Part shown: positions 36,827-47,392 of the stretch, piece after piece
Layout: the number at the start of each line of letters is the position of its first letter
How positions within the stretch are numbered: the first letter of the stretch is position 1
Source of the DNA: Bdellovibrionales bacterium
Lineage (GTDB): Bacteria > Bdellovibrionota > Bdellovibrionia > Bdellovibrionales > UBA1609
DNA: 64,000 nucleotides
NCBI GenBank assembly: GCA_965203095.1
Contig: OZ241877.1
Location: 192,001-256,000, forward strand
Direction: 5' to 3'
Made by a program: the position numbers and the translations under genes
The notes under the pieces: generated by a model
The model's database searches: none
Seen by the model: the letters and a program-made list of their open reading frames with translations, nothing else
What the model was told of the DNA's origin: nothing

Positions 36827-36871
36827 ATCAGGGAAGTATCATAAATTGTTTTTAAAGGTCAAGAGGATGGT

Positions 36872-37582
36872 ATGAGGGAAAAAAGTGGACTCTTTTTAAG
36901 TTGTGATTTCCATCATTTTCTCAAACTCCAGAGGGCTTTTATAGCCCAAAGCGGAATGGAGGCGGTGGGTATTATACCAAGCCCCTTAAAGTGGAAAAGA
37001 TCCCTACAAGAGGAGGATTTTGGTTCTTTTTTCCAAAAAATTCCTGTTGAATCTAAAAAAGATATGTTAAACTATGGCTTGAGGATAATAAACACGCAAG
37101 AGCCTAAGATTCGAAAGGCTCTTAGGGCTGGGGAGTTTAAGGGTTATAGTGTAATAAAATTATTGTCTGAGGTATGGGGTTTAAAGAAGAAAATAACTCC
37201 ATTAAAGGTAAGGGATGTTTATGCTGAGTTTGATGAGATATTGAAGGGTTTAAAGGGGGAGGAGAGGAAGACTGTAGAGTTGAGGATATTGGAGTATTTG
37301 AGGGATAATAGGGGTTTAGATTCGAAGATTTGGGAAAAGGTGGAGAAACTGCTTGTATCAAAAGGGATATTAAAACAAGGAGGGCTTATGCAAGATGTTT
37401 GGGAAATTATCAGAGAGAAAGGTCGCTGGGAAGGTGAAAGACAAGGCTTAAGAAAAGGCCGACAAGAAGGACGGCAGGAAGTTGTCCAAAATATGTTGAA
37501 AGAAAAGGCAGATATTTCCTTTATTACTAAAGTGACTGGGTTTTCTGAAAAAGCAATAAAACAGCTGAAAAACAGTTCTTAA
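36872..37582 (+). pseudogene. Rpn/YhgA-like remnant lacking the N-terminal nuclease domain
   Basis: C-terminal EKGRWEGERQGLRKGRQEGRQEVVQNMLKEKADISFITKVTGFS typical of Rpn tails; no PD-(D/E)XK motif seen. Confidence 0.6.
37388..37582 (+). CDS. candidate separately translated 64-aa Rpn C-terminal protein (RpnS-like)
   Basis: AAGGAGGGCTT-ATG in frame at 37388 (MQDVWEIIREKG...). Confidence 0.5.
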   Translation: MQDVWEIIREKGRWEGERQGLRKGRQEGRQEVVQNMLKEKADISFITKVTGFSEKAIKQLKNSS

Positions 37583-37588
37583 AGTGCC

Positions 37589-39052
37589 ATGAACCTAACA
37601 CAAGTCAGCTCAGCTTTTACTTTTGATGACATATCCTTAAGGCCCTCTTATTCAGAAGTCCTGCCTTCAGAAACAGACATTTCCTCCTCACTCTGCCCAC
37701 AATTTACTGTTCAAATGCCCATTATTTCCGCGGCTATGGACACCGTTACTGAAAACAAAATGGCCAGAGTCATGGCCCAAAAAGGCGGGTTTGGGCTGAT
37801 TCACAAAAACATGAGCATTGCCTCTCAAGCTAAAGAGGTGGAGAAAGTAAAAAAATACGAAAGCGGGATGATTTTAGATCCCATCAGCCTCTCTCCTGAG
37901 GACTTGTTGGAAAAGGCCCATGAGATTATGAAAACTCACTCCATTAGCGGGGTTCCCGTCACACAAGGAAAAAAGCTTGTAGGCATTATCACCCATAGAG
38001 ATCTTCGTTTTGAAACAGATCTAAAGCAGGTTGTTCGCCAATTTATGACTCCCAAAGAAAAGCTGATCACGGCAAAAAAAGACATTGCTTTGCCAGAGGC
38101 AAAAAAAATCCTCCACCAATACCGTATAGAAAAACTACCTGTTGTAGATAAAAACTTTCATCTTATAGGGCTTATCACTATTAAGGATATTGAAAAGGCC
38201 ACCGCCTTTCCCACAGCCAAAAAAGATTCCAGAGGACGGCTGTTTGTGGGTGCGGCACTTTCTGCCGGTAAAGATGTGGAGCAAAGGCTCTCCGCTCTTA
38301 TTGAGGCGGGGACTGATCTGATCTGTGTAGACACAGCCCACGGACATTCTAAAAGGGTTTTAGACCTCACTCGCCATATTAAAAAAAGCTATCCTGATTG
38401 TTGGCTCATGGCTGGTAATGTGGCCACAAGTGAAGGGACAAAGGCTCTTATTGAGGCGGGAGCGGATATTGTCAAGGTGGGGATAGGCCCAGGAAGTATA
38501 TGCACTACCCGCATTATCTCTGGAGTTGGTATTCCTCAAATCAGTGCGATAATGGAATGCTCTAAAACAGCAAAACAGATGGGCCGGGCGGTGGTAGCGG
38601 ATGGAGGGATCAAATATTCTGGAGATATTGTCAAGGCTTTGGCCTTAGGTGCCCAGGCCGTCATGTTAGGCAATCTGCTGGCGGGGGCGGATGAAAGCCC
38701 TGGAGAGACTGTGCTTTATAGGGGTAGGAGTTATAAAGTTTATAGGGGTATGGGGAGCTTGGCCGCTATGAAAAAAGGCTCTAAGGAGAGGTATGGCCAG
38801 GAAGACATACTTTCCAGCAAACTGGCCCCTGAGGGCATTGAGGGCCGAGTGCCTTACAGAGGCCCTGTCAGCACAATTTTAGATCAGCTTATTGGGGGGC
38901 TGAAAGCGGGCTTAGGCTATACCGGCTCAAAAAATATTTCTGCCCTTCAAAAAAATGCCCAATTTGTCCGCCTCAGTGCACAAAGCTTGAAAGAATCCCA
39001 TGTCCATGATGTGACTATCACAAAAGAAGCCCCTAACTACTATTTAGATTGA
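37589..39052 (+). CDS. guaB: IMP dehydrogenase
   Basis: [11 protein letters not shown] pair, [24 protein letters not shown]. Confidence 0.97.
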   Translation: MNLTQVSSAFTFDDISLRPSYSEVLPSETDISSSLCPQFTVQMPIISAAMDTVTENKMARVMAQKGGFGLIHKNMSIASQAKEVEKVKKYESGMILDPISLSPEDLLEKAHEIMKTHSISGVPVTQGKKLVGIITHRDLRFETDLKQVVRQFMTPKEKLITAKKDIALPEAKKILHQYRIEKLPVVDKNFHLIGLITIKDIEKATAFPTAKKDSRGRLFVGAALSAGKDVEQRLSALIEAGTDLICVDTAHGHSKRVLDLTRHIKKSYPDCWLMAGNVATSEGTKALIEAGADIVKVGIGPGSICTTRIISGVGIPQISAIMECSKTAKQMGRAVVADGGIKYSGDIVKALALGAQAVMLGNLLAGADESPGETVLYRGRSYKVYRGMGSLAAMKKGSKERYGQEDILSSKLAPEGIEGRVPYRGPVSTILDQLIGGLKAGLGYTGSKNISALQKNAQFVRLSAQSLKESHVHDVTITKEAPNYYLD

Positions 39053-39066
39053 GTAAGAGCCGAGGC

Positions 39067-40317
39067 TCAAGATAGAGGGAAAAGCCGAATATCCCGCAAA
39101 TCTTTCTTTTTGGACATAGCCAAAAACAGGCGATCTAAGCCCAAAGCCACACCACTAACGGGGGGCATTCCCTCCTGCATTAAAGCCAATAATTGCTCAT
39201 CTGGAGGGATAGAATCTTTTCTCTGTTGAATCTGCTCTTTAAACAGCTCTTTTTGCTCTTCGGGATCAATCACCTCAAAAAAGCCATTAGCCAACTCAAA
39301 ACCCTGCCAATACAGTTCAAAGCGATCGGCCCAACCGGCCAAGTTCAGGCGAGCAAAAGCTCTCAACTGAGGGGGCCAGTCGCAAATAAAAGTCGGGATT
39401 TCAACATCTAATTGACACTCTATTTTATTTAAAAATATTAAGAAAAACAGATCTTCAAAACTGTCTTTTGAAGAAACTTTAAACCCCTCTTTTTGCAATA
39501 AACAAAACAGATCTTTTTTAGAAGTTTGTGGGCTGAGAGTAAAGTTGAGAAACTTTTTAAAAAGCTCTTCCATACTAAAAATCTGCACTGGGGGCAAAGG
39601 AGCTTTAAAAAAAACTTTTTTCTTTAAAAAAGAAAGCAGTTTCCCACATTCTCTCATCAACTGATTTGTGGAGTAAAATGCACGATACCACTCCAATAAA
39701 GTAAATTCCGCTTGATGATTAGGTCCTGATTCGCCATTTCGATAACAGGTTTTGATCTCAAAAAAATCGGTCCAATCCTGGCACAAAAGTTTTTTTAAGT
39801 GCAGTTCCGGGCTGGTGGCCAAATACATTTTTTGAGTTTGGCCCTTATTCAGCCACTGGGTTTGAAAAGGCTTAAGGTGAGGCTCTGTCCCCGGGCAATT
39901 CACCAAAGTAGGGCTAAAGGCTGGGGCTAAACCCTCAGAGCTAAAAAAAGATTCCACTGTATGTAAAAAATCCTGCCAATCCCTCAATACCTGACCTTTG
40001 CTTTGATAAGAAAATTCAGACACAGAAGAACTGGAATAAGGCCCTAAACTAAAAGCCTTTTCCGCTTGATAAACTGAGCCTTTTTTTGAAAGCAGTTTCA
40101 CAACATGCCAAGCCCCTGCATTTAATGAGCTATCCAATGTTTCGCACAATATAGACAGCCCCTGAGAGCTTAGCCGATAGCGGTGAGGGCCTTCGGGAAA
40201 GCACCGGCCCGCCACATAACAAGGCAAAGGCTTTTGGCCGAGATGAAAAAAACGACTGAGGGAAAACACAGTATTTTTATCCCAAAAATCGTATTCTGCT
40301 TTGATTGAGGATTTCAT
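39067..40317 (-). CDS. epmA: EF-P lysine aminoacylase (GenX/PoxA) with N-terminal extension
   Basis: YLATSPELHLKKLL, YRNGE...HQAEFTLLEWYR, RFELY..G.ELANGF, SGVALGLDRL. Confidence 0.9.
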   Translation of the reverse strand: MKSSIKAEYDFWDKNTVFSLSRFFHLGQKPLPCYVAGRCFPEGPHRYRLSSQGLSILCETLDSSLNAGAWHVVKLLSKKGSVYQAEKAFSLGPYSSSSVSEFSYQSKGQVLRDWQDFLHTVESFFSSEGLAPAFSPTLVNCPGTEPHLKPFQTQWLNKGQTQKMYLATSPELHLKKLLCQDWTDFFEIKTCYRNGESGPNHQAEFTLLEWYRAFYSTNQLMRECGKLLSFLKKKVFFKAPLPPVQIFSMEELFKKFLNFTLSPQTSKKDLFCLLQKEGFKVSSKDSFEDLFFLIFLNKIECQLDVEIPTFICDWPPQLRAFARLNLAGWADRFELYWQGFELANGFFEVIDPEEQKELFKEQIQQRKDSIPPDEQLLALMQEGMPPVSGVALGLDRLFLAMSKKKDLRDIRLFPLS

Positions 40318-40388
40318 ATCGTTTGAAGTGGCATATTGGCTCTAAAAAAGGAGCAAAGGCTCTGTAAAACCCCTTTTTATAGAACGGG

Positions 40389-41096
40389 TTATAGAACGGG
40401 CAGACACATTTCCTTTGCTAAATCATGGTAAAACTTGGAAGAAGTCTTACTCTGAGGGATACTTTCAAGAAAAGGGTGAAAGGCCGCTAAGGCATTTCCT
40501 TTTTCTTCCTTAAAATGTTCTGGATGAATTAAAAATGGGGGGAGGAGAAACTTTGTCACACGAAGAGGGACAGGATCTTGTTCTGCCCGCCTTTCATATA
40601 AGACCAACTGAAGCCCCTCCCAACTCTCTTCTGTAATAAGACAAACTTCAAAAAGATGATCTAAGAAAAAATAGTCTGGCTCCCTTTTTATCTCCACCTC
40701 CACAAGATAGGCATCAATAATTTGAGACTGGATCAATGCCTCTTTAGAGAATTTTTCTATCGTTTTTATAGGGAGTGAAGAGCCATACCTCATTTTATCC
40801 CCCCTTAGAGTGAAGGGATAGACCTGCAAAAAGAGATCCTCATTTTTCAAAAAGCTTTTAGGGCTTTTGGCAATATCCATAAGAACGCAACGAGGATCTG
40901 GGTTTTCAGAATCCTTATAAACATAGCCCATAAAGGTTGTATCAGTAAACTGATTGCAGGAAAGGTAGTGGGTATTGGATTGAGATGTGGAGGCATAAGC
41001 TACCAAGGACTCCTTTGCCGATTGTGCTCGCTGGTCCGGCTGAGCACAGGAGATCAAAAGCCAAAAAAGTAAGCTATATCTTAGACAAAAGTCCAT
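40389..41096 (-). CDS. hypothetical lipoprotein
   Basis: Lipobox LISC after a hydrophobic stretch; 235 aa. Confidence 0.7.
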   Translation of the reverse strand: MDFCLRYSLLFWLLISCAQPDQRAQSAKESLVAYASTSQSNTHYLSCNQFTDTTFMGYVYKDSENPDPRCVLMDIAKSPKSFLKNEDLFLQVYPFTLRGDKMRYGSSLPIKTIEKFSKEALIQSQIIDAYLVEVEIKREPDYFFLDHLFEVCLITEESWEGLQLVLYERRAEQDPVPLRVTKFLLPPFLIHPEHFKEEKGNALAAFHPFLESIPQSKTSSKFYHDLAKEMCLPVL

Positions 41097-41191
41097 ACCA
41101 ATACAATTTTCGGATTATACAGCTTAAAAATTGAATTTTTTTAAAAAAAATAGGTTTGACAAATCCCTTGAACTTTGAGAAAAGTAAGAAA

Positions 41192-41857
41192 ATGAGGTTT
41201 TTATTCTGCTTTTTTCTTATAGCCGGCCTGTCCTGCACAACAGAAGAGGACGGGGGGCGACGGTTTCGCGATGGACGGGTGAAAACAGACAGCAAAGATC
41301 GAAAACAAGGCTCAAAGCCTCCAACAAGTTCAGATTCAGTAGTAGAAACAGAGGTCGAAACCACTCCAACAACTTCAACCAGCCCAAGGGGTTCAACACC
41401 TCCTCTGCCCCCTCCTCCAGCAAAAGTCCAACCAGTGGAGGAGAATATGCCCTTCCCTGTGGTTCTCAACACAAAACATACCAGCATTTCGATCGAATCG
41501 GGAGCTGGGCTGACTTCTGTCATTTCCGCTGAGCCTCAGGCCAATCCAGTGGATCTTGTTGCCGGAAAAAAGGGGCAACTAAGCATATCCACTCAAAATG
41601 GCAAACATTACCTCACTTTGTCCTTAGCTAATAGCACAAAAACTTTCCATTACGATCTGGTAGAAAACCAAACCACTCTCAAAGTGACCAATGGGAAAAA
41701 TGTAAACCCAAGGGAGCTTTTAGCAAAAACCACAGGAGCTGTTATTTTTTACATTAAACAGGATAAAAGGCCAGTAAAGCTCTGTTTCTCCATCAACAGC
41801 ATGCCACCGGGGATTAAAGTGATCAATAACTTCCCTAAATTTCCAGGTTGCGATTAG
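41192..41857 (+). CDS. hypothetical lipoprotein with Pro/Thr-rich linker
   Basis: MRFLFCFFLIAGLSC lipobox from ATG 41192. Confidence 0.7.
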   Translation: MRFLFCFFLIAGLSCTTEEDGGRRFRDGRVKTDSKDRKQGSKPPTSSDSVVETEVETTPTTSTSPRGSTPPLPPPPAKVQPVEENMPFPVVLNTKHTSISIESGAGLTSVISAEPQANPVDLVAGKKGQLSISTQNGKHYLTLSLANSTKTFHYDLVENQTTLKVTNGKNVNPRELLAKTTGAVIFYIKQDKRPVKLCFSINSMPPGIKVINNFPKFPGCD

Positions 41858-42737
41858 CCTTTTTTCGGCATTTATGGCCTAAGCGAAAGTGGTAAGCACA
41901 GTTCTTAGAGCAAGTCTTACGGTAAAAAAACCGATCGGAACAAGGGCAAACCACAGCCGGCCCGCCACAATAGCCACAGGATATTTTTATCCGCCCCGGC
42001 CCACCACAATGAGGGCAAAGGGAATAATTTTTCTCCTCCTGCAAATCCTGATTGAGGGCCACTCTGTGGTCAAAAACAAAACATTCCCCCTTAAACTGCG
42101 AGCGGGGCTTTTCCCTTAGATAATTCAATATTCCACCTTGAAGTTGATAAACTGACTTAAAGCCCTTCTGTTGCATAAAACCAATGGCCTTTTCGCAACG
42201 AATACCTCCAGTGCAGTAGATTAAGGTCTCTTTGTTTTTATCCCAATGGCTCAAGCGGTCCAGCTTTTGGGGAAATTCCTGAAAGGAGTTGAGCTGAAGA
42301 TCCTCCGCCCTTTGAAACTTCCCTATCTCCACCTCATAAACATTTCTCACATCTAAAACATAAGGCTGTGCTTTTAGCTTTTCTTCCCAATTTTTTGGAG
42401 AGAGATGACTAATTGAACCCTTAAAGGGAACTGTATCAGCCTCCCCCCATTTGACAATCTCTTTTTTGACTTTGACAGAGAGTCTTTTAAAATTCCATCT
42501 CTCACAATAAGAATCCTTCCAAAAAAAAGGAACTTCAAATAGTTGAACAATATGCTTTTTTAAAACTTCCAAAGGCTCTTCTGGCCCGCACAATGTGGCA
42601 TTCAGCCCCTCCTCTGCAATAAGAACCAAGCCTCTGATATTCAAGCTGGAGGCTTTTTCCACAAGCTCTTTTTGAAGAGCTTTTAGACAGCTCTTTTTTA
42701 TTGGAAAAAACTTGTAAAAAGATGTGACTTTAATCAT
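41835..42737 (-). CDS. trhO: tRNA uridine-34 hydroxylase, rhodanese-related (YceA/TrhO)
   Basis: EEGLNAT, LDVRN.YE..IG.F, YCTGGIRCEKA, QLQGGILNYL, GECFVFDHRV. Confidence 0.9.
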   Translation of the reverse strand: MIKVTSFYKFFPIKKSCLKALQKELVEKASSLNIRGLVLIAEEGLNATLCGPEEPLEVLKKHIVQLFEVPFFWKDSYCERWNFKRLSVKVKKEIVKWGEADTVPFKGSISHLSPKNWEEKLKAQPYVLDVRNVYEVEIGKFQRAEDLQLNSFQEFPQKLDRLSHWDKNKETLIYCTGGIRCEKAIGFMQQKGFKSVYQLQGGILNYLREKPRSQFKGECFVFDHRVALNQDLQEEKNYSLCPHCGGPGRIKISCGYCGGPAVVCPCSDRFFYRKTCSKNCAYHFRLGHKCRKKANRNLEI

Positions 42738-42808
42738 AATGCCTTTGCAAAAAAGCCTCTTTTTTTATATCTCTTTAAAAGCTATAGCTGTCAAGAGGGA
42801 AATCCTAA

Positions 42809-43696
42809 ATGAAAGTTTTAGAAATTAAAAACCTAAGCAAAAACTATGGCACTTTAAAAGCTGTTCAGCAGTTGTCTTTTGAAATAAAAAAGGGGGAAAT
42901 TTTTGGTTTGTTGGGGCCTAATGGAGCGGGCAAAACCACTTTGATCTCCTGTGTGATGACTTTGGAAAAGCCCAATTCTGGACAAATCAAAGTTTGTGGA
43001 CAGGATGTAGCTAAAAAACCTTCCCTTGCAAAATCTCTTACAGGCTTTGTGCCACAGGAAATTATTATCCATGGCTATTTCACTGTTAAAGAAGTGATTC
43101 AGTTTTACTCTGGTTTTTGCGGTGTTTGGCCGGATAATGAGAGAATCACTCAGCTCCTCAAAAGGATGGGCCTTTATGAACAGAGGAATCACAAGGTGAG
43201 AACTCTCAGTGGTGGGATGAAAAGGCGTCTTTTAATTGTGAAAGCCCTGGTGCACTCCCCTCGCCTCCTCTTATTAGATGAACCTACAGCAGGGGTGGAT
43301 CTGCATTTGCGAAACAGTTTATGGAGTTTTATAAAAGAGATCAAAAAGGAGACTTCCATTTTGTTCACCACCCATTACTTAGAAGAGGCAGAAAAGCTTT
43401 GCGATCGTGTGGCCTTCATACATAAGGGGCGGATCCGGCAAATAGGGCCTACAAAAGAGTTGATCTCCCAGCTTGCTCCTCGGAAAGCTTTAATAAAACT
43501 GGCCCGACCAGTGCCTTTTAAAAGCCCGTATCACACGGGACAAAGCAATGGTTATGAGGTTTTTATGATCCCCAGTGCCTTCAGTATGGGTCGGCTTTTA
43601 CAAGAGTTGAAATTGAATATGAGCCAAATAGCTGATTTAAAAATTAGAGAAGGTTCTTTAGAAGATATTTTTAATCAAATAATAAAGGAGCCATAG
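42809..43696 (+). CDS. ABC transporter ATP-binding protein (YadG-like)
   Basis: GPNGAGKTT, LSGGMKRR, LLDEPTAGVD, TTHYLEEAE. Confidence 0.93.
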   Translation: MKVLEIKNLSKNYGTLKAVQQLSFEIKKGEIFGLLGPNGAGKTTLISCVMTLEKPNSGQIKVCGQDVAKKPSLAKSLTGFVPQEIIIHGYFTVKEVIQFYSGFCGVWPDNERITQLLKRMGLYEQRNHKVRTLSGGMKRRLLIVKALVHSPRLLLLDEPTAGVDLHLRNSLWSFIKEIKKETSILFTTHYLEEAEKLCDRVAFIHKGRIRQIGPTKELISQLAPRKALIKLARPVPFKSPYHTGQSNGYEVFMIPSAFSMGRLLQELKLNMSQIADLKIREGSLEDIFNQIIKEP

Positions 43697-44490
43697 TGAA
43701 AAAAGATTTGTTATGGACCCCTTTTATCTTTTTTTTCTATAGAGATGTCCGACGTTTTTTAAAAGTCAAAGTGCAAACCCTATTGGCCCCTTTGGCCAGC
43801 CAGGCCCTTTATCTTATTATTTTTGGCCTAAGCTTAGGCAAAGTGGTCAGGATAAGTGAGCAATTCTCTTACCTACAATTTATTATACCGGGGCTGGCCG
43901 CACTTTCACTTATCAACCAGTCTTTTCAAAATGGTTCCAGTTGCATTTTCTCCATGAAAATCACAGGGGAAATTATAGACATAAAAAGCACGGCCTTAAA
44001 CATTCAGCAGATCATTTTTGCCACAGCTCTTGCCGGCCTTATGAGGGGCCTAATTGTCAGCCTTTTGACTTTGGCCTTAGGTGAGGTTTTTCATTTTTTC
44101 TTTATAGGGCATTTTTTACCTCTGCACAGCTTTTTTTGGCTATTTGTTTTTTTGATCTTTGGAGGAATGGTTTTTGCCATGTTGGGTTTTTCCGTTGGGA
44201 TATGGTCTAAAACTTTTGATCATATCGGAGCAATGGGAAGTTTTGTGATTTTGCCTCTAACTTATCTGGGTGGGGTTTTTCTCAATTTGGACATTCTGTC
44301 CCCTTTTTGGCAAAAACTGTCCTTGTTCAACCCTTTTCTTTATTTTGTAAATGGGGTGCGATATAGTTTTTTGGGTGTTTCAGATATTCCTGTCCTGCAT
44401 TCCTTTGCCTTTGTTTTTTTGAGTCTTTTTGGAGTTTATGGCCTGGCCTGCCTGAGTGCAATTAAAGGGACTTTCCAAAGGGCCTCTTAA
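43696..44490 (+). CDS. ABC-2 type permease (YadH-like)
   Basis: About six TM segments; YLQFIIPGL, LPLTYLGGVF, NPFLYFVNGVRY. Confidence 0.9.
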   Translation: MKKDLLWTPFIFFFYRDVRRFLKVKVQTLLAPLASQALYLIIFGLSLGKVVRISEQFSYLQFIIPGLAALSLINQSFQNGSSCIFSMKITGEIIDIKSTALNIQQIIFATALAGLMRGLIVSLLTLALGEVFHFFFIGHFLPLHSFFWLFVFLIFGGMVFAMLGFSVGIWSKTFDHIGAMGSFVILPLTYLGGVFLNLDILSPFWQKLSLFNPFLYFVNGVRYSFLGVSDIPVLHSFAFVFLSLFGVYGLACLSAIKGTFQRAS

Positions 44491-44518
44491 GTTTTTGAAA
44501 ATATTGAGCCGGCTCTTT

Positions 44519-45007
44519 TTAAATGAAGGGCAAAAACAGCTCAGGATTCCACAAGGCATGGCATATAGCGGAACCAGCCTGAACTATGAGAGGGAACTCT
44601 AAAAAAACCATGCCTCCCCTTTTTAAAGAGATAAAATCCCCTTCCGTTCCTACCTTCAAGGAGCGACTTATAAACTGAGTTAAAAAAGGCTGATGCCCAA
44701 TAATGACTGAGGAACTGCCCCTTTCAGCCTTTAACTTTAAAAAAAGAGCTGAAGGTTCTGCTAAGGGGCTGAGGCCAGTATGGGTTCCCCGTTTTTTGAC
44801 CGAAAAATATTGGCAAAAAATATCTGCTGTTTGACAGGCCCTGAGCAAAGGGCTGTTCAGCAAAAGATCAAAGCTCAAGCCTTGGGCCATGAATTGGCAA
44901 GTCCGATTAAATTCTTCCCGACCCTTAGAGCTGAGGGGCCGATCCTCATCCCTTCCTGAGGGGCTTTCATTTTCCGGTATAGCGTGGCGAATAACCAATA
45001 ACTTCAT
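44519..45007 (-). CDS. sixA: phosphohistidine phosphatase SixA family
   Basis: RHA, DEDRPLS..G, SPLLRA.QTA, IGHQP. Confidence 0.88.
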   Translation of the reverse strand: MKLLVIRHAIPENESPSGRDEDRPLSSKGREEFNRTCQFMAQGLSFDLLLNSPLLRACQTADIFCQYFSVKKRGTHTGLSPLAEPSALFLKLKAERGSSSVIIGHQPFLTQFISRSLKVGTEGDFISLKRGGMVFLEFPLIVQAGSAICHALWNPELFLPFI

Positions 45008-45021
45008 TTTAAAATGCTCTG

Positions 45022-45606
45022 TTGAAATATTTTCAGTTTTATTGTAAAATCCATTTCGTGTTCAAAAAGTTTCTTTTCTCTAAAGTCATCGATCTGTCTG
45101 CGAAATGGGGTGTAAAATCCATTATTCGACAAGTTATCACAAAAAAAGTGGAAAGGCAAATAGAGATTTTTTTTCACTCTTTAAAAAAGCGAGTTTATTT
45201 TTATTTTATCCTGTCAGCAGTTAATGCCTTAATTATTTATAGCTTTTGGAAATTTCATTTCAATCAATATGCCCGAATCGGGCTATTGCTTTTATCTTCT
45301 ATAGCTCTTTTGATTTTTATATATGACTTTTGGACAACATGGCGACAAGGGATCCTCTTTTTAAAAACGATCAAAACTAATGAAGATGTAAAAAAACATA
45401 TCTCTAAAAACAAAAAATTAGGCTTCTTAACTTTAAATACTATAGAAAAACTTATGGGGGCAAAAATGAGCCGTATCATTATGGACCAAGTCTGGATCTC
45501 TGTTAAAAAACGAAAAAAAGTAGTCCTGGTTTTTACTGTTTTTTATCTCTCCAGCTCCCTACTTGTAGGATTCACTATCCGGGAAATTTTTAATATTCTC
45601 TTTTGA
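45022..45606 (+). CDS. hypothetical membrane protein; start uncertain
   Basis: 194-aa ORF with three hydrophobic segments filling the gap between sixA and tRNA-Trp. Confidence 0.6.
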   Translation: MKYFQFYCKIHFVFKKFLFSKVIDLSAKWGVKSIIRQVITKKVERQIEIFFHSLKKRVYFYFILSAVNALIIYSFWKFHFNQYARIGLLLLSSIALLIFIYDFWTTWRQGILFLKTIKTNEDVKKHISKNKKLGFLTLNTIEKLMGAKMSRIIMDQVWISVKKRKKVVLVFTVFYLSSSLLVGFTIREIFNILF

Positions 45607-45640
45607 CACGGGCTTTTTCACGGATGAGCATTTAATGGAT

Positions 45641-45716
45641 TGGCAGGGCAGACAGGATTCGAACCTGCAACCGGTAGATTTGGAGTCTACTGCTCTACCG
45701 TTAGAGCTACTGCCCT
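45641..45716 (-). tRNA. tRNA-Trp(CCA)
   Basis: Reverse complement AGGGCAGTAGCTCTAACGGTAGAGC...CT-CCA-AA...GGTTCGAATCC...CTGCCCTGCCA. Confidence 0.97.
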
Positions 45717-45729
45717 TTAAAATCGAGAC

Positions 45730-45763
45730 AATAAAAAAGAGAGGAAAGCCTCTCTTTTTTATT
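45730..45763 (-). terminator. intrinsic terminator after tuf
   Basis: AATAAAAAAGAGAGG-AAAG-CCTCTCTTTTTTATT hairpin with T tracts on both strands. Confidence 0.75.
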
Positions 45764-45812
45764 TATAAACTAAAGCTTTTGTTTAAACACAATTAACAAA
45801 AGAAAAATAATA

Positions 45813-46997
45813 TTACTCCACAATTTCAGACACAACTCCTGCACCCACAGTTTTCCCCCCTTCACGAACGGCAAAACGAACGCCCTTTTCCATAGCGATA
45901 GGAGAGATCAGCTCCACTTCAAGATGAACATTATCCCCTGGCATGACCATCTCTGTCCCCTTAGGAAGTTGAACAGAACCCGTCACATCAGTTGTTCTAA
46001 AATAGAACTGCGGCCGGTAGCCTTTAAAAAAAGGAGTGTGTCGCCCTCCTTCCTCTTTTTTCAAAATATAGCACTCGCACTTAAATTTTTTATGAGGCGT
46101 GATGGTCCCAGGAACCACAAGCACTTGGCCTCTTTCAATATCCGTCTTTTCAACACCTCGAAGAAGCAGGCCAGCGTTATCCCCTGCACGACCTTCATCT
46201 AACTGCTTTCGAAACATTTCAATCCCTGTCACCACTGTTTTTTTGGTTTCACGAAGGCCAACAATTTCCACTTCCTGACCGGTTTTTATAATGCCTCTTT
46301 CCACCCGACCAGTGGCGACTGTCCCCCGCCCGGAAATAGAGAAAACATCTTCAACAGGCATTAAAAAAGGCTTTTCCACATCCCTTTTAGGGCAAGGGAT
46401 ATATTCATCCACTTTAGCCATTAGATCCAAAAGAGCTTTTTCGTTTTCACTATCCCCCTCTAAGGCCTTAAGTGCAGAACCTTTGATAATGGGAATATCG
46501 TTTCCGGGAAATTTGTATTCTGTAAGCAGTTCCCGAATCTCCAACTCCACAGTGTCTAACAGCTCTTGATCATCTAACTGATCGCATTTATTTAAAAAAA
46601 CCACAATGGCGGGCACTCCCACTTGACGGGCCAGCAAAATGTGCTCACGGGTTTGGGGCATAGGGCCGTCTGCCGCGGAAACTACCAAAATAGCCCCGTC
46701 CATCTGAGCGGCCCCTGTGATCATATTTTTCACATAATCCGCATGGCCTGGGCAATCGACATGGGCGTAATGCCGTTTTTCAGTCTCATACTCAACATGG
46801 GCTGTAGATATGGTGATCCCTCTGGCCTTTTCCTCCGGTGCCTTATCAATCTGATCATACTTCATGGCCTCTGCCTGGCCTGACTTAGCTAAAACTGCTG
46901 TAATAGCCGCTGTAAGAGTGGTTTTTCCATGGTCCACATGGCCTATTGTCCCAATATTGACATGTTCTTTTGTTCTTTTAAAAGTTTCTTTAGACAT
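45813..46997 (-). CDS. tuf: elongation factor Tu
   Basis: [23 protein letters not shown]; 394 aa; GAGGAGG RBS. Confidence 0.99.
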   Translation of the reverse strand: MSKETFKRTKEHVNIGTIGHVDHGKTTLTAAITAVLAKSGQAEAMKYDQIDKAPEEKARGITISTAHVEYETEKRHYAHVDCPGHADYVKNMITGAAQMDGAILVVSAADGPMPQTREHILLARQVGVPAIVVFLNKCDQLDDQELLDTVELEIRELLTEYKFPGNDIPIIKGSALKALEGDSENEKALLDLMAKVDEYIPCPKRDVEKPFLMPVEDVFSISGRGTVATGRVERGIIKTGQEVEIVGLRETKKTVVTGIEMFRKQLDEGRAGDNAGLLLRGVEKTDIERGQVLVVPGTITPHKKFKCECYILKKEEGGRHTPFFKGYRPQFYFRTTDVTGSVQLPKGTEMVMPGDNVHLEVELISPIAMEKGVRFAVREGGKTVGAGVVSEIVE

Positions 46998-47193
46998 AGT
47001 CCCTCCTCAATTTAAAACACAAGGTATAAGAGCATTTTAAACTTAAGTCAAACAACAAAATCAAGAAAAAAATGCAAAAAGATATGAAAATCGAGAAAAA
47101 AGCTTGTTTTTCCCCTACTCAGTTCAAAAAACTCCCTTTTTCGTCAGAGAGAAGAGGGATCCTCCCTTGTAGTATTTTTTAACAAGATTTGAA

Positions 47194-47268
47194 TGGTGCC
47201 CACGGTGAGATTTGAACTCACGGCCTCAGCCTTACCAAGGCTGTGCTCTGCCCCTGAGCTACATGGGC
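47194..47268 (-). tRNA. tRNA-Thr(GGT)
   Basis: Reverse complement GCCCATGTAGCTCAGGGGCAGAGC...TT-GGT-AA...GTTCAAATC...GTGGGCACCA; upstream of tuf. Confidence 0.96.
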
Positions 47269-47292
47269 ATTTTAAAAAAAACCTCGGCCTTT

Positions 47293-47318
47293 TTATACTG
47301 ATTTTGTTTGAAAATTCC
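47293..47318 (+). repeat. partial family-A element (left end)
   Basis: TTATACTGATTTTGTTTGAAAATTCC identical to 31556-31581. Confidence 0.75.
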
Positions 47319-47392
47319 AAGCTTTTTCAAAGAGAACTATTTAATTAATGCTCCTTGATCGGATGGATTTTTTAAGCTATAACTTTTCCATA

